From: a bacterium
Lineage (GTDB): Bacteria > Chloroflexota > Limnocylindria > Limnocylindrales > Limnocylindraceae
Direction: 5' to 3'
NCBI GenBank assembly: GCA_037128565.1
Contig: JBAXWE010000002.1
Coordinates: 1-51,469 of the forward strand
Length of the DNA stretch: 51,469 nt
In this document: piece by piece, positions 25,401-32,921 of the stretch
Layout: each line of letters begins with the position of its first letter
Numbering within the stretch: position 1 is the stretch's first letter
The notes under the pieces: generated by a model
The model's database searches: none
Told to the model about the DNA's origin: nothing
The model's input: only the letters and a program-made list of their open reading frames with translations
Position numbers and translations under genes: made by a program

Positions 25401-25412
25401 ATGCAGAGGCAC

Positions 25413-25487
25413 GGCGGGGTAGCTCACCGGTAGAGCAGGGGATTCATAAGCCCTTGGTAGCAGGTTCGATTCCTGCCCTCGCTACCA
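25413..25487 (+). tRNA. tRNA with anticodon CAT (elongator Met or lysidine-type Ile2)
   Basis: 75 nt folded by hand. Acceptor stem GGCGGGG/CCTCGCT (two G-U pairs). D arm GCTC-ACCGGTA-GAGC. Anticodon loop TTCATAA. T arm GCAGG-TTCGATT-CCTGC. Discriminator A and an encoded CCA. There is one A-G mismatch at positions 31-39. Confidence 0.85.
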
Positions 25488-25521
25488 TGCACCTTTCGGC
25501 AAGACGGAGAACGGAGGCAAC

Positions 25522-27495
25522 GTGATGGTTCCCAAGGCTCTGCGAAACGGTGCAGTCATGCTGATCCTGCTGCTGGGCACCGTTGTGCTCCTCGGCAGCG
25601 TGCTCCTTACCCCGGTCCCCGCAGCAACCAAGGACTACTCGGCATTCTTGGCCGAGGTTCGCGGCGGCAGCATCGCCTCTGTCGTACAGCAGGACCAGAT
25701 CCTCACTGTTACCAAGGCTGGCACTCCGCCGGAAACCTATGAGGTTCAGGTTCCAACACAGCTCACCGATGTGTACAACGACGTACGCGCCGCCGCGATC
25801 TCGGGCGGACGCAGCCCCGATAGCGTGACCTTCGGCGCAAAGAAGCCTGACGACTCTGGCCAGCTTTTCAGCCTGCTGATCAGCGCACTCCTCCCAGTCC
25901 TCCTCATCGGTGGCCTCTTCGTCTTCATGATGCGTGGTGCCCAAGGGCAGAACAATCAGGCGATGAGTTTCGGCAAAAGTAAGGCCAAGATGTTCATCGC
26001 CAACAAAACTCCCGTCACCTTTGCCGATGTCGCAGGCGTCGAGGAGGCCAAGGTCGAGCTGGAAGAGGTCGTTGAATTCCTGAAGTTCCCTGAGCGCTTC
26101 GAGGCGCTTGGCGCCAAAATCCCGAAGGGCGTGCTCCTAATCGGCTCACCAGGCACCGGAAAGACGCTCCTCGCCCGCGCAGTGGCTGGCGAGGCCGGCG
26201 TGCCATTCTTCAGCATCTCTGGCTCCGAATTCGTGGAGATGTTTGTGGGCGTTGGCGCTTCGCGCGTGCGCGACCTCTTTGATCAGGCGAAACGCAACTC
26301 GCCGTGCATCGTCTTCATCGATGAGATTGATGCGGTCGGCCGTCAGCGTGGCGCCGGACTCGGCGGTTCACATGACGAGCGCGAGCAGACGCTCAACCAG
26401 ATTCTGGTCGAGATGGATGGTTTCGAGACGGGCACGAACGTGATTATCATTGCCGCAACAAACCGCCCTGATGTGCTTGACCCAGCGCTCCTGCGCCCAG
26501 GCCGCTTTGATCGGCAAGTTATCCTTGACCGCCCAGACCTCAAGGGCCGCCTTGCAATCCTGCAAGTGCATGTGAAGGGGAAACCGCTCGACAAGACGGT
26601 GAACCTTGAAGAGATCGCACGTCGATCCCCGGGGTTCTCGGGAGCAGACCTGGCTAATCTCATGAATGAGGCCGCGATTCTCGCCGCACGTCGTAGCAAG
26701 CGCACCATCGGGATGGAGGAGTTTGCTGAGGCGCTTGATCGCGTAATGGCTGGGCCTCAGCGCAAGAGCCGTCTCATTACCGGGCCAGAGAAGCAAATCA
26801 TCGCCTACCACGAGGGTGGTCACGCGGTGGTTGGCCGCATCCTTGAGAAGTGCGATCCGGTCAGCAAGGTGACAGTGATCAGCCGCGGAATGGCGCTCGG
26901 CTACACAATGAACCTGCCGACCGAAGACCGCTATCTGCAGAGCAAGAGCGAATTCGAAGACAAGATCGCTGCGATGCTTGGTGGCAACGTTGCCGAGCAG
27001 CTGGTGTTTGGTGACACTACAACCGGCGCATCGAATGACATTGAGAAGGCGACCGACCTTGCGCGCAAGATGGTCACGCGATTCGGCATGTCCGAGAAGT
27101 TGGGCACCGTTACGCTCGGGCGTCAAGATGAGATGATCTTCCTTGGCCGCGAGATGTCAGAGCAGAAGAACTACTCCGAATCGGTAGCGAAGCAGATTGA
27201 CGAAGAGGTCCGCGCAATCATCGATCGTGGCGCGGTGCGCGCGCGGGAGGTGCTCACGAAGCACCGCGATCGCCTGGATGCGCTCGCAGCGAAGCTCATT
27301 GCCGAAGAGACCGTAGAGGGAGAGGCGTTTGAGACGCTCTTCGCCGACCTTCCTCCAAAGCCTGCGGCGTATTCGGGCCTCCTTGATCGACTTCGCGCAG
27401 CCGGAATTTCGATTCCGACCGCGGCTGTAGAGCCAAAGGCTGAGCCGGTGGTAAAGCCGGGCCCTGGCGGCGCGGCGGCGGGGCAGCCAGCCTGA
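25522..27495 (+). CDS. ftsH: ATP-dependent zinc metalloprotease FtsH
   Basis: Motifs [32 protein letters not shown] and the zinc site HEGGHA. GTG start preceded by GGAGG. Confidence 0.95.
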   Translation: MMVPKALRNGAVMLILLLGTVVLLGSVLLTPVPAATKDYSAFLAEVRGGSIASVVQQDQILTVTKAGTPPETYEVQVPTQLTDVYNDVRAAAISGGRSPDSVTFGAKKPDDSGQLFSLLISALLPVLLIGGLFVFMMRGAQGQNNQAMSFGKSKAKMFIANKTPVTFADVAGVEEAKVELEEVVEFLKFPERFEALGAKIPKGVLLIGSPGTGKTLLARAVAGEAGVPFFSISGSEFVEMFVGVGASRVRDLFDQAKRNSPCIVFIDEIDAVGRQRGAGLGGSHDEREQTLNQILVEMDGFETGTNVIIIAATNRPDVLDPALLRPGRFDRQVILDRPDLKGRLAILQVHVKGKPLDKTVNLEEIARRSPGFSGADLANLMNEAAILAARRSKRTIGMEEFAEALDRVMAGPQRKSRLITGPEKQIIAYHEGGHAVVGRILEKCDPVSKVTVISRGMALGYTMNLPTEDRYLQSKSEFEDKIAAMLGGNVAEQLVFGDTTTGASNDIEKATDLARKMVTRFGMSEKLGTVTLGRQDEMIFLGREMSEQKNYSESVAKQIDEEVRAIIDRGAVRAREVLTKHRDRLDALAAKLIAEETVEGEAFETLFADLPPKPAAYSGLLDRLRAAGISIPTAAVEPKAEPVVKPGPGGAAAGQPA

Positions 27496-28901
27496 TGGCG
27501 TATGCCCCAACGCTCGCCTGGAAGGGGCTAGAGGGACCGGAGGAGGCGCACCTCATTGCGACCGCCGCCTCGCGGATGGCGAAGTATGCCGATTTTTTGA
27601 AGATCCCGAGCGTCTCGGCTCTCCCTGAAAACGCTGCCGATTGCCGCGCCGCAGCAGAGTGGCTCGCCGCTGAGCTCCGTCGCATCGGGGCAGAGCGCGT
27701 TGAGGTGAGTGAGACCGGTGGCCACCCAATCGTCGTTGCCGAGAAGATCGTCGACAGTTCGTTACCAACGATCGTCATCTACGGCCACTATGACGTTCAG
27801 CCTGGCGATCCACTCGACCTCTGGAAGACCAGCCCATTTGAGCCGATCGTTCGCGATGGTCGCATGCTCGGTCGGGGCTCCGCCGACGATAAGGGTCAAA
27901 TCGTCATTCACCTCAGCGCACTAGAGGCGCTCGTCACGACGCGCGGCACCCTCCCAGTCAACGTGAAGTACGTCTTTGAAGGTGAAGAGGAGTCGAGCTC
28001 CGTGAACCTCGAGGCGTGGATGGCGGCAAACCCAGAGCGCTGTAGCGGTGATGCCGTGATCATCAGCGACTCGGGCTTCTTTGATGGGAATCGCCCCGCC
28101 TTGACGGTCGGCCTCCGCGGCATCACCTACCTGCAGGTTGATGTGCGTGCCTCCGATGTTGACTTGCATTCAGGGAGCTACGGGGGCTCCGTCGTGAACC
28201 CCGCTAACGCTCTCGCTGGCATGATCTCCTCGCTTCATGACGAGAATGGGCATATCACCGTCCCTGGCTTCTACGATGATGTCGTTGAGCTCACCCCAGC
28301 CGACCGGGCGGCATTTGCGGCACTGCCGTTTGATGAGGCGGGCTACCTCGCCGGAATCGGCGCTACCGCAACAGCGGGGGAGCGCGGTTACTCCACGGTG
28401 GAGCGACGTGGCGGACGCCCAACACTTGACGTGAATGGCATCTGGGGTGGCTTCATGGGCGACGGATCAAAGACAATCATCCCTGCGCATGTCCACGCCA
28501 AGATCTCGTGCCGCCTCGTCACTGCGCAGGACCCCGCAAAGATCGGCCGCCAGGTTGAGGCGGCGCTGCGTGCCGCTGCCCCTGCCGGACTACAGGTCGA
28601 GGTGCAGAACCTCGGAAACGGCGACGCCTTCCTTACTCCGCTCGGCGATCCGTACCTCAACGCAGCAGCCGCTGCTCTTGAGGCCACCTTTGGGGTGCCG
28701 CCGCTTTATATTCGCGAGGGTGGATCGATTCCGATCGCCGCGCTCTTCCAGAAGGAGCTCGGTCTGCCGGTGGTCTTGCTCGGCTTCACACCGCCCGACG
28801 ACAATGCCCATGCGCCGAATGAATCGATGGATCTCGGCAACTTTGAAGGCGGTATTCGCGCCGTCATTCGCGCACTCGACGCCATCGCCACGCTTGGCTG
28901 A
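27495..28901 (+). CDS. M20-family dipeptidase / metallohydrolase
   Basis: Motifs YGHYDVQP, GRGSADDKGQ and FEGEEE. The start shares 1 nt with the ftsH stop (TGATG). Confidence 0.8.
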   Translation: MAYAPTLAWKGLEGPEEAHLIATAASRMAKYADFLKIPSVSALPENAADCRAAAEWLAAELRRIGAERVEVSETGGHPIVVAEKIVDSSLPTIVIYGHYDVQPGDPLDLWKTSPFEPIVRDGRMLGRGSADDKGQIVIHLSALEALVTTRGTLPVNVKYVFEGEEESSSVNLEAWMAANPERCSGDAVIISDSGFFDGNRPALTVGLRGITYLQVDVRASDVDLHSGSYGGSVVNPANALAGMISSLHDENGHITVPGFYDDVVELTPADRAAFAALPFDEAGYLAGIGATATAGERGYSTVERRGGRPTLDVNGIWGGFMGDGSKTIIPAHVHAKISCRLVTAQDPAKIGRQVEAALRAAAPAGLQVEVQNLGNGDAFLTPLGDPYLNAAAAALEATFGVPPLYIREGGSIPIAALFQKELGLPVVLLGFTPPDDNAHAPNESMDLGNFEGGIRAVIRALDAIATLG

Positions 28902-28907
28902 CCGCCC

Positions 28908-29816
28908 GTGAAGGTTGCGCTGCTCGGCCTCGGCCTGATCGGTGGCTCCATCGCGCGGGCGCTGCGTGAAGACCCCGCCTCCGTAGGGCCGTTAGACGAG
29001 AGTGGCCTAGAGATCGCCGCATGGACTCCGACCCAGGCTGGACCACGAGAGGCGCTTGCGGCAGGGGTTATTGATACGGTTGGTCGCTCCGTTGCCGAAA
29101 CGGTCGATGGCGCAGCACTCGTCATCCTCTGCGCGCCACCTATCGCCATGACGGCGATTCTCGATGAGCTGGCAATTTGTCGCCGCTCTGGCCGTCTCGC
29201 CGATGGGGCGGTGGTGACGGACGTCGCCTCGACGAAGGTGTGGATTGCGAAGGAGGCGGCGGCGCGGAATATTCGCTTCTGTGGTGGCCATCCGATGGCG
29301 GGGAGCCACGAGACCGGCTTCGGCGCCTCCGATGCGAATCTCTTCCTTGCCCGCCCGTGGGTAATTGTTCCCGGCGTCAATGGCGGCGGCGCAGCGGCAC
29401 TCGTTGAGCGACTCGCTACGAGTTGTGGTGCTCGACCGGTGATCTTGGAAGCGGAACTACACGATGCTGCCACTGCTGCGGTTAGTCACCTACCGCTCCT
29501 TTTGGCTGCGGCATTGGTGGAAACCGTTGCGCTCGGTGAGGCGGCCAATGCCCCTGACGGCTGGAAGATCTCCCACCTACTCGCCAGTACCGGTTGGCTC
29601 TCTGCCACGCGACTGGCACGAGGTTCTGAGGCGATGGGCGCTGACATTCTGGCTACGAACGCGCGCGAGGTACGCCGTCGTCTGAAAACGTTGCGACTCG
29701 TTTTGGAGCAGTGGGATGCGCGCCTTGCCGCGGCAGAGAACGATCCGGTGATTGGTCGAACTGACCTAGAGGGGCGTCTCGCCGCAGCGCGCGCCGTGCT
29801 TGCGGAGAGCGAGTGA
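28908..29816 (+). CDS. tyrA: Prephenate/arogenate dehydrogenase
   Basis: Rossmann motif VALLGLGLIGGSIA and GGHPMAGSH. Confidence 0.85.
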   Translation: MKVALLGLGLIGGSIARALREDPASVGPLDESGLEIAAWTPTQAGPREALAAGVIDTVGRSVAETVDGAALVILCAPPIAMTAILDELAICRRSGRLADGAVVTDVASTKVWIAKEAAARNIRFCGGHPMAGSHETGFGASDANLFLARPWVIVPGVNGGGAAALVERLATSCGARPVILEAELHDAATAAVSHLPLLLAAALVETVALGEAANAPDGWKISHLLASTGWLSATRLARGSEAMGADILATNAREVRRRLKTLRLVLEQWDARLAAAENDPVIGRTDLEGRLAAARAVLAESE

Positions 29817-30460
29817 GCACAGATCCCTTAGCGAGCGGCGCCGATGAAGTGATCATCGGCATCCCTCGCGACCTTGCACTCTCTACAGGCGCTTGGACCG
29901 GGCTTCGCGCGTTCAGTACCCCCGATGAGGGTGAACGCGAGATCGCACGCCTTGAAGGTCTCGCTCAGGCGCGTCCGCGGCGCGAACTAGAGTTAGATCC
30001 CGCCTGGAAACAGCCAATTCCCTACGCAGTAGCTCTCTATCGCCCCGATGGCGCTGCTGTCGATGATGTGCAGCTCTTCTGGATGGATCGTCTTGCTGGG
30101 GGAAGTGATAAGCGGCTCCACGGGCGCGCATCATTTGGCGTCGGCGGCCACATCTCGCCAAGCGATGGCGGTATTCGTGGCGCACTGGCGCGTGAGTGGG
30201 CCGAAGAGGTGGCCACGCCAACCCTCCCGCACTTCACGCCGATTGGGCTGCTGAACGATGACGGTGATGATGTTGGCCGTGTGCACCTTGGCGTTGTCTT
30301 CATCGCAACGTTATCCTCGCCATCGATTCTCATTCGCGAGACGCACAAACTGGCCGGATCTCTTCTCCCGATCAGCGAGGCGCTCCGACGTAGAGATGAA
30401 CTTGAAGGCTGGTCGGCCCGCCTGATTGACACCATTGTGAAAGTTTCCGCCAGCCTCTAG
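29813..30460 (+). CDS. Hypothetical protein, Nudix-like with a degenerate Nudix box
   Basis: GGHISPSDGGIRGALAREWAEEV resembles GX5EX7REUXEEXGU but has D in place of the first E and one extra residue. GTGA overlap with tyrA. Confidence 0.45.
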   Translation: MSTDPLASGADEVIIGIPRDLALSTGAWTGLRAFSTPDEGEREIARLEGLAQARPRRELELDPAWKQPIPYAVALYRPDGAAVDDVQLFWMDRLAGGSDKRLHGRASFGVGGHISPSDGGIRGALAREWAEEVATPTLPHFTPIGLLNDDGDDVGRVHLGVVFIATLSSPSILIRETHKLAGSLLPISEALRRRDELEGWSARLIDTIVKVSASL

Positions 30461-30489
30461 CCCCTGTTACGCGCGCGGTATGTTGCCGC

Positions 30490-30498
30490 TGCGATGAT
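30490..30498 (+). promoter_or_regulatory. Candidate extended -10 box TGcGATGAT, 6 nt before the ATG at 30505
   Basis: The sequence is TGC-GATGAT-TTCACC-ATG with no SD, the same pattern as TGC-GAGAAT at 45555. Confidence 0.35.
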
Positions 30499-30504
30499 TT
30501 CACC

Positions 30505-31941
30505 ATGCCAACCTCAGTCGCCTCTACTGCGCTCGTTGGCATTGAAGGAGTCCCCGTTGAGGTTGAGGTTGATGTTGCCCCAGGCATTCCCGCTACGCGG
30601 ATTGTGGGGCTGCCGGATACGGCAGTAGGAGAGGCGAGAGAGCGCATACGTTCCGCTATTCGTGCAGCTGGCTACACCTGGCCCGCTCGTCGCATCACCA
30701 TCAACCTTGCACCGGCCGATCTGCGCAAGAGTGGTGGATCGTTTGATCTCGCAATCGCTCTCGGCATCCTGCTTGCTAGCGGCCAGATTCGCCATCGTGG
30801 AAAGGAGACGTTGGCGGCGATTGGTGAGCTTGCACTTGATGGCAGAGTGCGGAGCGTTCCTGGCGCGTTACCACTCGCTCTGCCGCTCCTATCGGCAGGA
30901 TATTGCGTGTTGCTGCCGGCGAGTGTTGTGACTCTGCCGGGCTTATGCGCTGGCGACGCAATTCCAGTGATGACGCTTGCAGGTGCTGCGTCAGCGGTAG
31001 CTGGCAACGTTTCAGGTTCACGTCGACAAGCGATTGCGCCACTACTGGAATCGAGTGAGGAGGTAGCATACGAGTTCGCACACATTCGCGGCCAGCCTCT
31101 TGCATCGCGTGCGGTGTTAATTGCAGCGTGTGGGCGCTTCCCGATTCTCCTTGAGGGGCCGCCAGGCGTGGGGAAGTCCATGCTTGCGCGGGCGCTTCAT
31201 GAGATCCTTCCTGATCTCACGATGAACGAACGTAGTGAGGTTGCTTCCATTGCATCAGCAGGGGGCCACACTGCTGGTGGTTCGATGCGACCTCCGTTAC
31301 GGGCACCGCATCACGACATCACGGTTGCGGGGCTCATCGGCGGAGGTCCCCGCATGACTCCGGGCGAGCTGACATGGGCACATCGTGGACTCCTGCTGCT
31401 CGATGAGATCGGTGAATTCCGACGTGACGCGCTTGAGGCGCTCCGAGAACCACTTGAGCGGGGGAGCGTGGATTTGGTTCGAGCGGGGCGTTCGGTACGC
31501 TTTCCGGCGGACGCGATCGTGGCCGCCACCGGTAATCCCTGTGGCTGCGGCGAATTGGAGCATCCAAGTGGTACCTGCCGCTGTCTCCCCGCTGCGCGGC
31601 GACGGGGGAGCCTTTCACTCTCGGCACCGATTCGTGATCGTTTCCCGTTGCGCGTACGGCTCGCTCGACCGAGCACGCCACTCGCTGCGCTCCCACGCGG
31701 CGAACTCACGACGCTTGCGGCTCGAGAGTGTGCAACGGCTGTCCGTGCCGCCCTTGCGCAGCGTCCCCACGCTACCGAGGCGATGACCCCCGCGACGCGC
31801 CGAACCGTTGAGGGTCTCGGGGTACGTGCGTGGAGTCAGATTGAGCGGATTGCGACGGTGGTAGCGCTCCTTGATGGACGTGAGATTGTGGGCGACGCTG
31901 ATGTGGCGGAGGCGATCCATCTGCACGGCGATCACTGGTGA
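30505..31941 (+). CDS. comM: YifB/ComM-family Mg-chelatase-like AAA+ ATPase
   Basis: N-terminal Lon-like domain (GIEGVPVEVEVDV, DLRKSGGSFDLAIALGIL), Walker A GPPGVGKS, LLLDEIGEF, and the Cys-rich GNPCGCG..CRC. Confidence 0.9.
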   Translation: MPTSVASTALVGIEGVPVEVEVDVAPGIPATRIVGLPDTAVGEARERIRSAIRAAGYTWPARRITINLAPADLRKSGGSFDLAIALGILLASGQIRHRGKETLAAIGELALDGRVRSVPGALPLALPLLSAGYCVLLPASVVTLPGLCAGDAIPVMTLAGAASAVAGNVSGSRRQAIAPLLESSEEVAYEFAHIRGQPLASRAVLIAACGRFPILLEGPPGVGKSMLARALHEILPDLTMNERSEVASIASAGGHTAGGSMRPPLRAPHHDITVAGLIGGGPRMTPGELTWAHRGLLLLDEIGEFRRDALEALREPLERGSVDLVRAGRSVRFPADAIVAATGNPCGCGELEHPSGTCRCLPAARRRGSLSLSAPIRDRFPLRVRLARPSTPLAALPRGELTTLAARECATAVRAALAQRPHATEAMTPATRRTVEGLGVRAWSQIERIATVVALLDGREIVGDADVAEAIHLHGDHW

Positions 31942-32921
31942 GCGCGATCACGCTCGACCCAGGCGACCCGCTGATCCCGGAGCGGCGTAATGAACCCCTT
32001 GGGCTTGCCCCCGATGCTGATCGGCGTCGCCCGCTCTGGGCGCTGGGGCGGGTAGAGGCGCTGGCGCGGCCAGCGATCGGGATTGTTGGGACCCGACGCC
32101 CCTCGCCCCACGGCCTCTCGGCTGCTCGGCGTATCGCCTTCGAGGTAGCACGATCGGGGTGGTGCGTTGTCTCAGGGCTCGCCCTGGGGATCGACGAGGT
32201 GGCCCATTTGGCAGCCGTAGAGGCGGGAGGGGAGACGATTGCGGTACTTCCTAGTCCCGCCCCGCTCGGACTGCGCTACGGGGCGCGGCGCCTGGCCGAA
32301 CAGATTCAGGGGGCGGGGCTCCTCCTCTCCGATCGACCGGTTGGAACGCCGCCAGCTGCCTGGAGCTTCGCCGCTCGGAACCACCTCCTAGCGGCCCTCT
32401 GCGATGGGCTTATCGTCGTTGAGGCGCCAGAGGACTCTGGGGCATTGATTACGGCTGAATCGGCGGCAGGGTTCGGCCTACCTGTCGCCGTCGTCAGTGC
32501 CCCCTATGGTGCTGCGACGGCAGAAGGGGGTCTGCGGTGGCTGCAACGAGCACAAGAGTTGTCTTTGCGCCTCACGGAGGAGCGTTCGCCCGTGCTCATT
32601 TCGGGCGAGGCTGACCTCCGAGCATGGCTTGCTGTCTGTGCACTGTCCTTGCAAGAAGATGCCTCCTCATTTCGCGTCGCGAATCCTATGGTGGTCGGCG
32701 CCGCTGGGGATGAACCGTCTGGATTGCAGCGCGAACTACTCCAAAGACTTGATGCGGCAGGGGCCGAAGGGATCGTTGAGGGTGATTTCGGAGACCTTTC
32801 GCAGGAGTTGCCAGGGGCCTTGGCGGCGGCACTGACCCTGTTGAGCCTCCGTGGGGTCGTGGAGCAGCGTGGCGGTCGTTGGCGGCGTGTTCTGGGGGCG
32901 GTGCTACGCTCTCGCCCATGA
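31938..32921 (+). CDS. dprA: DNA-processing protein DprA (Smf)
   Basis: Motifs GIVGTRRPSPHG, VVSGLALGIDEVAH and LIVVEAPEDSGALIT. GTGA overlap upstream and ATGA overlap downstream. Confidence 0.88.
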   Translation: MSAITLDPGDPLIPERRNEPLGLAPDADRRRPLWALGRVEALARPAIGIVGTRRPSPHGLSAARRIAFEVARSGWCVVSGLALGIDEVAHLAAVEAGGETIAVLPSPAPLGLRYGARRLAEQIQGAGLLLSDRPVGTPPAAWSFAARNHLLAALCDGLIVVEAPEDSGALITAESAAGFGLPVAVVSAPYGAATAEGGLRWLQRAQELSLRLTEERSPVLISGEADLRAWLAVCALSLQEDASSFRVANPMVVGAAGDEPSGLQRELLQRLDAAGAEGIVEGDFGDLSQELPGALAAALTLLSLRGVVEQRGGRWRRVLGAVLRSRP

